From Phoronis australis (Eukaryota; Animalia; Phoronida): DNA of 64,000 nt. The stretch covers positions 296,872-360,871 of the forward strand of contig NMRA01000458.1 in NCBI GenBank assembly GCA_002633005.1, in the 5' to 3' direction. Each line of letters starts with the position of its first letter. The first letter of the stretch is position 1. Below, in pieces: positions 50,588 through 63,879 of the stretch. Under the pieces are notes generated by a model that saw nothing but the letters and a program-made list of their open reading frames with translations, searched no databases and had not been told where the DNA came from. Both the position numbers and the translations under genes were made by a program.

Positions 50588-51314
50588 AACACTGAGAGGG
50601 TTCATCTATTCACAATAGATATGTACATACCTTGGAAGTAAATGTTTTAGACCACTGGGTACTGTCATCTTTCTCAAACTGAATGGAAATATATGGTAGT
50701 TTTCCTGAGCTGTGCAATGTATGAGGAGTCCAGCTGAAACTGACCACAGTCTTTGTTCATACACTGGTTGACACTTTTCTAGATGAAACCGACTCCCTTA
50801 ACCACCTGGAACACCCTAGATTGTACCGGCGTAGTTTTTAAAGTAGTGTTCTAGCTGTAACGTAGTGTACATTGGTGAAACCGATACACCTCTCTGAACA
50901 TTAGAAGGATCTTGAGTCTGAATCGTCCCGACTGTTCACTCGCAGTCAAAAACAGGCATCAAACTCTACTTACCACAAGTCTGCTATCACAGATCATGCT
51001 CTTCAAAACAATCATATGATTGGCTGGGAGAAGTCAGCTACTTCAGACAATAATAGCAACAAGTTTTCCAGATGGATGAGAAAGTCTGTTTACATCAAGA
51101 AAAGTGGCAATCTGTGTATGAATAGAGACTGTGGTCAGTTCCAGCTTGACCCCTCATACACTACAGTGCTCATCATAACCCTCATGACATCATTCATGAC
51201 GTCACACACTGGTTCCATTCAGTTTGAGAAAAGACCGCAATACCCAACGGTTGAAAACGTTAACTAGCAAGGTAGGTACATATCGTCTGTGAATAGATGA
51301 ACTCTCTCAGTGTT
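50588..51314 (+). mobile_element. Penelope-like retroelement 3' fragment (GIY-YIG endonuclease) with inverted pseudo-LTR
   Basis: VVYIGET...HKSAITDHALQNNHMIGWE...RWMRKSVYIKK..MNRDCGQFQL (about 50860-51160). 50588-50812 is an inverted copy of 51066-51314. Hammerhead-like motif at 51221-51264. Confidence 0.85.
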
Positions 51315-52179
51315 AGTAACAATCACTAAAACATTTAAGCTCTTTTGGTAATTTGTTCCAAAAGCTGCCCATTGTAGTTTGTCCCATATGTTGTGGTATT
51401 TGACCTTCAAATACCAAGCAAATGTTTCCCCTTATAAGCCAATTTGCAAATAGTGATACCATTCAAGCCTAACTTCAACAGAATATTGTTATTTTAGATG
51501 TACTGGGCTAACCAGATAGTCCCAACAAATAAGAAAGCGTGAGTTCAATCACACAAATGTAAGCCCGTCAAATGATAAGTGAAGCTGCCTTTTCGTGCCA
51601 TGTTGCGTCACTGCGAGATCCCTGCACAAACAACAAAAGGTTGTATTGAATAGGGGGTCTATATACAACACCATTGCAAGCGGGTGTTATTGGCAGCTGT
51701 TCGAATTAAAAGGGGGTTCTCGTAGTGACATAGACAAAAGCAAGCCAATATGCCTAACAATTCGTTACATTTAGCAATTTGTGTCAGAAGTGGGCTTAGA
51801 GCGATGCTCTTAATATACTGTAGGAACCAAATTTACAGGTGTTACCGTTGAAGATAGGCTTTCAGTGAACAAGGGCCATTTACCATGACCATGTTTAAAG
51901 ACTTCAATTGCAAGTGATTTCATTCTAAAGTTATTACAGCAATACAAAGTTTGTCCTACTTTAATAAAGTTGCATTTAAGGGAAGTCAGTGTTGTAGAAA
52001 ATACAGAGTCATGTCTGCATGAAAAGAAAAGATGAACGCTGACCAATTTATTCAGAGATGTCAGGAGAGACAATAGCATAACATACAAGCATGCAGGGGA
52101 GATAACTCCACTAACGTTAACTGTCACATAAATCAATGAACTTATAGTCCAGTAATACAATACAGTCTATTCACAGATC

Positions 52180-53410
52180 CAGCTTGACCACAGGTTTCGG
52201 TACTCGAGTTGATCGTCTTAACACAGGTTTAGGTAACACTTCAGGCTCAGGTGTAGATGGCTGTGACACTTCAGGAGCTGGTAACGTAGGTTGAACAACA
52301 TGTTTCTCAGCAGTTGTTCCAGAATGCATGAGAAATACTCAGTTTCTGCGTATCTGCGAGACAGTCTCTGTTAGAACTTGGTAAGACCGAGGCGTAGATA
52401 ATCGCTGTTCGATTTCCCCAGGGAACAGAACAGCTAAGGTAACAGTTCTGTGATGCTTATCGAAGTTCGATCTATCCATCCTCTCCTGTGTCTGTAAATT
52501 TTTGTTGTCAATGTTCGGAAGTTCTTGGAGAGCTTCCTTAGTTGTCGGCAAAGTGGTCCGTAGACGTCTTGACATCGAAAACTGACTGGGTGATAACCCA
52601 TTACGCAACGGTGTACAACGGTAAGCCAGAAGTCCAACAAAGGGGTCTGTGTTCTGCCTAAGAATGTTTTTAGCTGTTTGAACCGCTCTCTCTGCCTCGC
52701 CATTGGCCTGAGGGTATAATGGAGAGGATGTAATGTGATCAAAATGATACTCTTGCAAAAAGAGACGAAAGGCGTCACATACATACTGAGGTCTGTTATC
52801 GGAGATCAAAGCATCAGGTATGCCATGAGTAATGAAGATACCTTTAATAGCCTCAATAACATGTTGAGCACTTGTTTTAAGTAGACATTTTATCTCAAAC
52901 CAGTGTGAAAAGTAGTCTACAACGACGATATAGTAAACTCTGTCAATTTCATATAGGTCAGGTGCAACTCGTTCCCAGGCACGATCAGGAAAAGCTGACG
53001 GAAGAAGGGGTTCTTTCTGTTCAACAAAATTTTGTGCACGTAGGACATTGTCTACATATGTTTTCTATCATCGAACTAACCAGAGGCCACCACACGCTTT
53101 GCATAGCTCGGGCTTGGCATTTGGAGATGCCAAGGTGACCTTGATGTATCTGGTCCAACACTTCTATTTGGAGAGACTGGGGTATGATTATGCGATCGTC
53201 ATACATGAGCAGATCATCAGTCAAGGTTAGGTGATAACGTCTGCCTTTGTAGGTTTTTAGTAGTGGTTGGTCAGGGGGAAACGATGGCCAACCATGTCTA
53301 CAGAAGGCGATAACTTGCATGCAAACAGGATCTTCTGCCTGTACACTTTTAATTTCATGGGTGTGATGGACGTACGTGACGGACGTACAAATTTGCTGTA
53401 CGTCTGTCAC
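52180..53410 (-). mobile_element. Ty3/Gypsy LTR retrotransposon pol remnant (integrase), copy 1
   Basis: IHQGHLGISKC..VWWP..CPTC (HHCC zinc finger), ISDNRPQY, SSPLYPQANGEAERAVQTAK, LLAYRCTPL; frameshifted. Confidence 0.9.
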
Positions 53411-54230
53411 GTAATTTCTGACTAAACAAATAATCCCTGGGATCCGAAATTTTGGTCAATAGTATAGAGCAACAAGTTAAAAGAGAATCTGAAATTACTT
53501 TAATTTTGAATAAAAACTTTTAACGTAACAAAACTTTTTAACACTTTTTTGTGACGGACGAACAGCACCATGATATCCAGGAGTTGACCTTTGACCAAAG
53601 AGGTCAGTGATGTGCCAAAGTTGAAATGTTATTTTTTATAAAGTTTGGGGTTCGTGTGATTGTACAAATTTGAAAACACCATACTTAGCTTTTTTATGAT
53701 AATAATTAGCAACACACATGAAAATGGAGCTAATTTCTTAGGTAAAGTCACCCCCAAAAACGGGTCCATTTAGGCACAAACATTGAAAGTTATAGGATAG
53801 TCAAATATGGGTCCTGAAACTAGAGAGAATGGGCTTTCAGACGAGACCAGAAATGTTAGTGTAACCACTATTTCAATTTTTTGTCTCGAGGTTGACTTTT
53901 TCACAGAATTGCCCGTGACAATGAACTTGCACGCCCGACATCAACTTGCATGTTTACGAAACTTTATTTTTAAAACTTCTTGTCCTTTGTTACGATGAGA
54001 AATATTTTTTGTTTTGATACCTTGTTTTCTAGGCCCCCATACACAATGAAGCCGTGTCTGCCCATCGGTCAAAATAGTGCAGATATTGAACAGCAGCAGC
54101 CACATGAGACGGAGTCAAAGCAGAGCTGTAATGTTTTGATGTTTCCTGTCACTTCAAATCAACACAGTATCTCCTACTCGAATATCGCATGATTTTACTC
54201 CAAATTTATTGTCAGCATATAATTTCATTN

Positions 54231-54668
54231 CAATTTTCACAATCATCCTTTGAGCGGTTTGGTTGATAGAGGGGTGGACGCACAAAAACAGACACGAAAA
54301 CACTAAAAATGGCCACTAGGTGGCGCAAACTATGTCGAATCCACCTGAAAACGACAGGATAGCGTCATCTCACTAATAGGTGCCTACATACCAAATTTCA
54401 TGAAAATCCGTTAAGGACTTTTGAAGATACAAAGGTAAGCGTAAAAAACTAAAATTGCCACTAGGGGACACACCGGTAGTCGGATCCGTCCGAATGTTCG
54501 CACATGCCGTCCCATTCATGAATGGAACATATGTGCCAAATTTCATGAACGTATGTCAAAGGGAATTGGAGATAAAGCAGCGGACGCCGGACGAACGCCG
54601 CCCGGACGGACGGACGGACAGACGGAGATGACGGCATAATGCGTCCACATATAAGTATGTGGGCGCAT
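54231..54668. mobile_element. Non-autonomous interspersed repeat with (GACG)n tract (Helentron/DINE-1-like)
   Basis: Internal repeated ccaaatttcatgaa and ccactagg motifs followed by a cggacggacggacagacgg microsatellite; absent at the equivalent site in the 51632 copy. Confidence 0.5.
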
Positions 54669-55206
54669 AACAAAAAGGTTGTATTGAATAGGGGTCTATA
54701 TACAACACCATTGCAAGCGGGTGTTATGCGCAGCTGTTCGAATTAAAAGGTGGTTCTCGCAGTGACGTAGACAAAAGCAAGCCAATACGCCTAACAGTTC
54801 ATTACATTTGGCAATTTGTGTCACAAGTGGGCTCAGAGCGATGCTCTTAACATACTGTAGGAACCAAATTTACAGGTGTTACCGTTGAAGCTAGGCTTTC
54901 AGTGAACAAGGGCCATTTACCATGACCATGTTTAAAGACTTCAATTGCAAGTGATTTCATTCTAAAGTTATTACAGCAATACAAAGTTTGTCCTACTTAA
55001 ATAAAGTTGCATTTAAGGGAAGTCAGTGGTGTAGATAATACAGAACCACGTCTGCATGAAAAGAAAAGATGAACGCTGACCAATTTATTCAGAGATGTCA
55101 GGAGAGACAATAGCATAACATACAAGCATGCAGGGGAGATAACTCCACTAACGTTAACTGTCACATAAATCAATGAACTTATAGTCCAGTAACACAATAC
55201 AGTCTA

Positions 55207-56470
55207 TTCACAGATCCAGCTTGACCACAGGTTTCGGTACTCGAGTTGATCGTCTTAACACAGGTTTAGGTAACACTTCAGGTTCAGGTGTCGATGGCTG
55301 TGACACTTCAGGAGCTGGTAACGTAGGTTGAACAACATGTTTCTCAGCAGTTGTTCCAGAATGCATGAGAAATGCTCAGTTTCTGGGTATCTGCGAGACA
55401 GTCTCTGTGAGAACTTGGTAAGACCGAGGCGTAGATAATCGCTGTTCGATTTCACCAGGGAACAGAACAGCTAAGGTAACAGTTCTGTGACGCTTATCGA
55501 AGTTCGACTTGTTGCACAATCTATCCATCCTCTCCTGTGTCTGTCAATTTTTGTTGTCAATGTTCGGAAGTTCTTGGAGAGCTTCCTTAGTTGTCGGCAA
55601 AGTGGTCCGTAGACGTCTTGACATCGAAAACTGACTGGGTGATAACCAATTACGCAACGGTGTACAACGGTAAGCCAGAAGTCCAACAAAGGGGTCTGTG
55701 TTCTGCTTAAGAATGTTTTTAGCTGTTTGAACCGCTCTCTCTGCCTCGCCATTGGCCTGAGGGTATAATGGAGAGGATGTAATGTGATCAAAATGATACT
55801 CTTGCAAAAACAGACGAAAGGCGTCACATACATACTGAGGTCAGTTACCGGAGATCAAAGCATCAGGTATGCCATGAGTAACGAAGATACCTTTAATAGC
55901 CTCAATAACATGTTGAGCACTTGTTTTAAGTAGACATTTTATCTCAAACCAGTGTGAAAAGTAGTCTACAACGACGATATAGTAAACTCTGTCAATTTCA
56001 TAAAGGTCAGACGCAACTCGTTCCCAGGCACGATCAGGAAAAGCTGACGGGAGAAGGGGTTCTGTTTGTTCAACACAAGTTTGTGCACATGTAGGACATT
56101 GTCTACATATGTTTTCTATCATCGAACTAACCAGAGGCCACCACACACTTTGCATAGCTCAGGCTTGGCATTTGGAGATGCCAAGCTGGCCTTGATGTAT
56201 CTGGTCCAACACTTCTATTTGGAGAGACTGGGGTATGACTATGCGATCGTCATACATGAGCAGATCATCAGTCAAGGTTAGGTGATAACGTTTGCCTTTG
56301 TAGGTTTTTAGTAGTGGTTGGTCATGGGGAAACGATGGCCAACCATGTCTACAGAAGTCGATAACTTGCATGCAAACAGGATCTTCTGCCTATACACGTT
56401 TAATTTCATGGGTGTGATGGACATATGTGACGGACGTACAAATTTGCTGTACGTCTGTCACGTAATTTCT
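55207..56470 (-). mobile_element. Ty3/Gypsy pol remnant (integrase), copy 2
   Basis: Near-identical to copy 1: PDRAWERVASDLY..VVVDYFS..HGIPDALISGN..YPQANGEAER. Confidence 0.9.
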
Positions 56471-57169
56471 GACTAAACAAATAATCCCTGGGATCCGAAA
56501 TTTTGGTCAATAGTATAGAGCAACAAGTTAAAAGAGAATCTGAAATTATTTTAATTTTGAATAAAAACTTTTAACGTAACAAAACTTTTTAACACTTTTT
56601 TGTGACGGACAAACAGCACCATGATATCCAGGAGTTGACCTTTGACCAAAGAGGTCAGTGATATGCCAAAGTTGAAATGTTATTTTTTATAAAGTTTGGG
56701 GTTCGCGTGATTGTACAAATTTGTAAACACCATACTTAGCTTTTTTATAATAATTAGCAACACACATGAAAATGGAGCTAATTGCTTAGGGTAAAGTCAC
56801 CCCCAAAATGGGTCCATTTAGGCACAGACATTGAAAGTTATAGGATAGTCAAATATGGGTCCTGAAACTAGAGCGAATGGGCTTTCAGACGAGACCAGAA
56901 ATGTTAGTGTAACCACTATTTTAATTTTTGTCTCGAAGTTGACCTTTTCACGGAATTGCCCGTGACAATGAACTTGCACGCCCGGCATCAACTTGCATGT
57001 TTACGAAACTTTATTTTTAAAACTTCTTGTCCTTTGCAAATGGCCGTTGTTACGATGAGAAATATTTTTTGTTTTGATACCTTGTTTTCTAGGCCCCCAT
57101 ACACAATGAAGCCGTGTCTGCCCATAAGTCAAAATAGTGCAGATATTGAACAGCAGCTGCCACATGAGA

Positions 57170-59750
57170 CGTAGTCAAAGCAGAGCTGTAATGTTTTGAT
57201 GTTTCCTGTCACTTCAAATCAACACAGTATCTCCTACTCGAATATCGCATGATTTTACTCCAAATTTATTGTCAGCATATAATTTCATTCGTTGTTTTGC
57301 TAATTTGTCATTTCCTTTTGCCCTTTCCACGAAAGAGTCCTGTTTTACACTTTTAGTAATCCTGTGTAACTTTGTTTGAGGTTCACGTCCAAACAACAAT
57401 CTATGTGGTGATACTCCAGTCGAGCTATGCTATTTAGCACGATATTGTCTCAAAAATTTGTACAGTTCCTGCTTCCAGTTTTTACCTTCCGTAACTGCAG
57501 TTCTTATACATTTCATCAGCGGTTTATTGAACGATTCTGTTTGCGCATTTCCTTTTGGCTAATGCCGAGTCATTTTACAAAGTTTAAATCCACTAAACTC
57601 TGCAAACTGTCTGAATGCATACAAATTAAATGGACTTCCATTATCCGATTTCACAACTTTCGGATATCCAAACACAGAGAATATTTTATCAAGCACTGGA
57701 ATCACTGTATTAGCAGAATCTGACGTAGATTTCACAATTTCCACAACTGGGTAATGTGAATGTTCATCAATTACCACAAATAATCTCCTGATGGCAGCGG
57801 TCCACAAAAATCCACACTTAGCTTTTCCCAGGGATTATCAGAGCTCATAGACAGTGGCTCTAAAACTGTGTTCACAACTTGACAGTTCCGTATTTTGTTT
57901 TCAATCATGTTATCCATACCAGGGAACCATATGGATGATCTCAAGAATGCTTTTGTTCTCTGCATTCCTTGATGACCTTCATGCGCAATTTCAGTAGCCG
58001 ATTAACACAATGATGAAGGCATAACTCTTTGATTGCCTCTCATCAGTAGACCATCATTTGCACTTGTTAATTCATCCTGTGTGTTCTTATAATCTGTCAC
58101 TTCGTCCATATTAACACTAGTATCAAATTACAGTGTTTTGGTTTCAAACCAATGTTTTGTTTTGATTAGCTCAATAACTTTCATCAGAGTGTGTCAGCTC
58201 GTGTGGCTAGTTCGATGTCCTCAATCGAAATAGCTTTGGATTTTGTGTGTTGCAAAATACAGTTTACCTATTCTTCCACAATCTTGCTTTCGCACAAAGT
58301 TTGTTCGTTACCAGCAATTGGGTGTCGTGACATATAATCAGCTGGGTTAGATTCAGCCGGTTTGTATTTCATCATGAACTTATATGGTTGTAGCTGTAAT
58401 CCCCAACGTTCGATTCTGAGCAGTGGTCGTTCCTTTTTCCAAATCGTTTCCAGAGGTTTATGTTCCATAATGACCTCAAAGTGATGAGCGCCTCACAAAT
58501 ACATATCAAAATGTTCGCATGCCCATATAATCGCTAGTGCTTCTCGTTGCAGTTTCATGTTCATTCGCCCATTGCCAAGCAGCATCCTTCTTGGTCAGCC
58601 TACGCAGTGGTTCACTGATCGTAGCGTAGTTATCAATAAATCTCGCGTAATATGTTGTCATGCCGAGAAAACTGCGCAACTCAGGCACGTTCGTGGGTGC
58701 CTTGGTGTCAACAATTGCTTTCACCTTTTTGGGATCAGGCGAAATGCCATCCTTAGTAAATACCAAACCAAAGAATTCCATGCTAGTTGTGTTGTACTCA
58801 GATTCCTTGCGATTGAGTATCAGCCCATTGTCCTTAACGAGCGGAATACTTCTTCCAAGTTCCTATCGTGTTCTGCTTGTCTTTTCCCATACAATAATAT
58901 CATACGCTATGTTCTTAGATCCTTTCACATCTTTGATCACATTTCGTACAGCCTCCTGAAAACTTTCAAGAAGCAATATCCGAAATTCAAACGTTTATAT
59001 CTGTACAGTCCTTTGTGGGTACTGAATGTGGTAATGTACCCTCAGCTTTCGACGAGTTCCAGTTGATGGTATCCAAATCTCAAATCTAATTTGCTGAATA
59101 TTTGAGATCCATTCAAATCTGAGATCAGTTCGTTGATCATTGGCATTTGGTGTCATTCCCTTTCAATAGCCATATTCGGTGCCCTCATGTCAACACATAA
59201 CCTAATTTCGTCGTGGTTTTTCTTCGGTGGAGTCACAAACGGCGAAATCCATGGTGTCAGTGTTCCTACCTCAACTTTTTCAATGATATCATCTTTCAAT
59301 AATTGATCAAGTTTCTTCTCCACTTTTTCTCGCAAGTGAAAAGGTGTGCATCTATGATGCAATGCTACAGGTGTGACCTCCAGATTTATGTGTAACTTGA
59401 CTTTAGTATTCTTCAATTTCCCGATTCCATTAAATAATTTTGGCCATTTTTCAACTTCTGGTGAAACATTTCTCATAATTTTAACAAGACCAAGATCTTC
59501 ACATGTCGGATAGTCAATTAGTGAACCATGATTGCCTTCCGCAACCACGACTTCAATGTTATCAAGTGAATGGTCAGTTTCAATTTCCAAACGGCAACGC
59601 CCTTTTACAGGTAATAGCTTACTCTTACCGAATGGAAATAATCTCTACAGATTCTTCGTCAGGAGTTTTGTGGATCCCATCTTCTAGTAGGTTTCTTCGT
59701 CAATAATACTTGTAGTTGCAGCAGTGTCAAGCATGACCGTACATTTAGTG
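57170..59750 (-). mobile_element. Degenerate Gypsy (Mag/K02A2.6-like) pol: RT-RNaseH-integrase
   Basis: WISPFVTPPKK..IRLCVDMRAPN, RYITTFSTHKGLYRYKRLNFG, ELRSFLGMTTYYARFI, RIERWGLQLQPY..NPADYMSR, PWEKLSVDFCGP, VKSDNGSPF; many stops and frameshifts. Confidence 0.9.
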
Positions 59751-59759
59751 TTATTCAAA

Positions 59760-60250
59760 TTTACCTCTGCACCAGTTGTGGGCGAGAATGACGAAAGTGA
59801 ATTTCTGGAAAACACTCCTATCGATACTACATCAACAGAGGCAAAACCTCAACAACAGGATCCTACTGTCAGACGATCTACACGTGTTAAACGCAAACCA
59901 GGATATTTGCAAGACTTTGTAACTGACTAAAATAAACAATTACTGAACAATTTTCATGGACTGTTGAAATGTGCTTATGTTTGTGTACTTGTAGAAATTA
60001 TTGTAAGTTGAGGAGAGATGTAATGTTTTGATGGATATATAACAGATATATTACTCACACATACCAGTTAGTGCAAGACAACAATTTAATTGATTCTGAG
60101 TAAAGGAAGTTCTACATATGGTGCTCTTCCATTGTAAGAATTGCATGCTTAGTCATTGTTTTATAATAAGCCACCTTGTAGTGAATTAAGTTAGTTCCAA
60201 TAAAGTATTCTATACAGCAACGCGTGCGTTTATATGCTGCCCTCATTTAA
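59760..60250 (+). mobile_element. 3' end of another Gypsy element: integrase tail, polypurine tract and LTR start
   Basis: RRSTRVKRKPGYLQDFVTD* ending at 59930; GAGGAGAGA followed by TGTAAT at 60019; AATAAA near 60199. Confidence 0.6.
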
Positions 60251-60289
60251 AACACGCACACCGTTATAAGACGCTGCAGTTACACTAGC

Positions 60290-63200
60290 CAAAACATGAT
60301 AACTATAGCGCTGTATTACTGCACAGGTTCACTAGTTATGCCTCACGGAGAGTACTTACAATGTACGGCCAATCTGTACGGCTGAAAACCTACACAACCA
60401 GCTTTCACCAAGGTCCAGATTTGACAGGCCAAGTTCCCGGGTTTGGTGATGTTTTATGCTGGTGCCATCCGGGAAACTATCACATGGACGAATCACAGGA
60501 CAGCACAGGACAAGGACGAATGATGTTTACTATTACAACATTCCCCCTTCCCTAAAAGAAGTGAGGCCCACCCGAGAATTAACATCATTCACAAAAAAGT
60601 TTATTGCCCTCCCCCAAGCAAAAAAGTCACAAACTGTTAACATAAAGACAATGTGATAGTTCCCATTTGAAGATGGAGATAAAACAACTGTTAAATCAGA
60701 TAAAACCAATAAAAAGAGTTTGAAGTGCCAGCACACCCCAAATGGACAGTAAAATAGTAGACCGAGTTTTTCAAACGAACAACACATAAGAATTACACAT
60801 AAGACTCCCCAGGTAGGGCTGGATGTAATGGGTCATAATCACTGCTACGTGTCTCCAACATAAGGGCTGGCACTTTCTAAAAATACATGCCAATAAGAAT
60901 GGATGCCATTAAGGGTAATATTTTCGTGGAATGGGGGTGGAACTTTAAGCCTCACATCACTCTCGGCCAACCTACTGCAATCCAACGCCAAACTCGAACG
61001 AAAAGCAGAGGTATCCTGGGGTAAAACGCTCTTGTTGGCTAAAAATTTGTTAGAGACTGAGGTAATGGATGGGGTACAACGGGACAGATTGGTGTCAGAT
61101 TTCCTATTGTCAGTTTCACTTTGGACAGAGGGTTGATAACTGCAATTGACATCTGACCCTACTGCAACAGAGCGATATACCTTTTGTGGGATATTGGAGT
61201 TCAGTTTTTTATAGTGTCTTTTTACTTGTTTTTTAATATATCCCACAAGGTTAATTACTTGGGACATCGATTTTTCATTCAGTCTGCTCCAACTTAAAAC
61301 GTTTGAAAACGCTGATGCTACCCACTTGACGTTAGCCGGTCTGTTTTTTGGACAATTGACACGCAAATGATCGCTTTCTCCACATCTAAAGCATTTGTCA
61401 TACTTGTGTGTTGAATGGACAGGACGAACAGGAGCTGTGGTGGGAACTGGACGGGTAGAATCATGGCAAGATGGGACAGTGATCGGACAAACTTTCTCAA
61501 CATTTGGTTTAGTGTTAGAGAAATTGTCCTCCATTTTATAAAACATGCGAGTCATGTGGTCCAACTTTTGGTGTAATAATTTTTTATCTTCTGTTAGATA
61601 ACTAACACGGGACTCTAATACATTACATCTGTCCTCTAAGGCACTGATAGTATCCTCAGATGGATGTTTGGGCGTGACTGGGTAATGACTCTGCATGTAG
61701 CAGTCATCATCAATCACTTTTGAATTTGTGAATGGATGATGTGCATGAATGAGAGCTTTGGTTGTCGAATACCAAACCGCACAATCCAAAGCCTCGTCAA
61801 AAGAACGGGGGCCACTATTAAGGACATGGTGAGCCATTTGCTTATCAATTAACCCCAGGCAAAACCTGTGTATTGACAATTGGTGGTCACTGTTGGAAGG
61901 ATGGGGGAATGCCAACAAAAATAAATGATAGAGCCTGTCAGCCCACTGGTGAAGGGATTCGGCATGCTTTTGGGACACAGAGTGGAACTGTAATTGATCC
62001 ACCCCTGGCACTCCAGAAGAAATGTCAAAGCGTTTTCTCATGGCTTCCACCACATCCTCATATAATGCCTCTGGCCGACTTTCTATAAAATTACAGAGAA
62101 AGCGGAGTGCATCCCTTCACAGCAAAGACTTAGCTCTGCTAAACATTTATCACCAGATCAGAAGTTTTCCCTAGCAAAATGGCTAAACTTCCAGTGGAAA
62201 TCCTTCCAGGTATTTCGCAAGCCCTTGAAAACTAAATTATGAGGAGCATGCGAATCCACTTTATACCCCCTGGCATTTCTTGCGCCAGGACTNTTTTTAA
62301 TATATCCCACAAGGTTAATTACTTGGGACATCGATTTTTCATTCAGTCTGCTCCAACTTAAAACGTTTGGAAACGCTGATGCTACCCACTTGACGTTAGC
62401 CGGTCTGTTTTTTGGACAATTGACACGCAAATGATCGCTTTCTCCACATCTAAAGCATTTGCCATACTTGTGTGTTGAACAGACAGGACGAACAGAAGCT
62501 GTGGTGGGAACTGGACGGGTAGAATCATGGCAAGATGGGACAGTGATCGGACGAACATTCTCAACATTTGGTTTAGTGTTAGAGAAATTGTCCTCCATTT
62601 TATAAAACATGCGAGTCATGTGGTCCAACTTTTGGTGTAATAATTTTTTATCTTCTGTTAGATAACTAACACGGGACTCTAATACATTACATCTGTCCAC
62701 TAAGGCACTGATAGTATCCTCAGAATGATGTTTGGGCGTGACTGGGTAATGACTCTGCATGTAGCAGTCATCATCAATCACTTTTGAATTTGTGAATGGA
62801 TGATGTGCATGAATGAGAGCTTTGGTTGTCGAATACCAAACCGCACAATCCAAAGCCTCGTCAAAAGAACGGGGGCCACTATTAAGGACATGGTGAGCCA
62901 TTTGCTTATCAATTAAGCCCAGGCAAAACCTGAGTATTGACAATTGGTGGTCACTGTTGGAAGGATGGGGGAATGCCAACAAAAATAAATGATAGAGCCT
63001 GTCAGCCCACTGGTGAAGGGACTCAGCATGCTTTTGGGACACAGAGTGGAATTGTAATTGATCCACCCCTGGCACTCCAGAAGAAATGTCAAAGCGTTTT
63101 CTCATGGCTTCTACCACATCCTCATATAATGCCTCTGGCTGACTTTCTCTAAAATTACAGAGAAAGCGGAGTGCATCCCCTTCACAGCAAAGACTTAGCT

Positions 63201-63879
63201 CTGCTAAACATTTATCACCAGACCAGAAGTTTTCCCTAGCAAAATGGCTAAACTTACAGTGGAAATCCTTCCAGGTATTTCGCAAGCCCTTGAAAACTAA
63301 ATTATGAGGAGCATGCGAATCCACTTTATACCCCCTGGCATTTCTTGCGACGGGACTTCCGCTTCTGTCGCACCTTCCCTCTCTATTTTCCCAGTACCCC
63401 CTAGGGCGAACAGGAGAAATAAAAGTGTCGGGATCCAGACCGTTGTCACACCTACCTCCTATGTTTCCCGAATACCCTCTTCGCCTACTAGGAGGAGTTT
63501 AAACGCCGGGACTTATGCCACTGTCGCGCCTACCCTCATCTACCTGGTATTGGGAACCCGCTTGGTACCTTACAGTCCTTTCCAAACGAGGACTAGGCGA
63601 CGTATTCAGCCTGTCGCAAGTGTCAGCCACTCGAGCTAACCCTGCCGGCAAATTGTATGTACGGAAATCTGATACGGGGGCTAATGAGTAATCCACCCGC
63701 TCAGTCACCAAACTTGTAACCACCCAATCATCCGATATCTCAAAGATATTCCGGTGATCGATGGGACACCTTTTTCGGAAGTCAACTATCTGAAGGGCTA
63801 TGTCCTTGTCGACTCCTGGCAAAGCCCACAACTCTGACTCACGACAGTAGTTAATAGGTACATAAAAACTGACTGACAT
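60290..63879 (-). mobile_element. Pol-less LTR retroelement with HhH-gag ORF
   Basis: Gag capsid-like region (FSHFARENFWS..A..F..Y..VVEAMRKRF, Q...ESLHQWADRL..L..LAFP, RFCLGL) and CCHC knuckle CFRCGESDHLRVNC. Gag stop at 60845; PPT GGAAGGGGGAA followed by TGTTGTAA at 60540. N-terminal HhH ORF from ATG 63879. Lower LTR boundary approximate. Confidence 0.75.

Noticed and set aside
61230-63349. Apparent tandem gag-gag duplication
   Set aside because: Joined at a single N (62293) with few differences; likely an assembly artefact showing two alleles, one with a 1-nt deletion near 62113.
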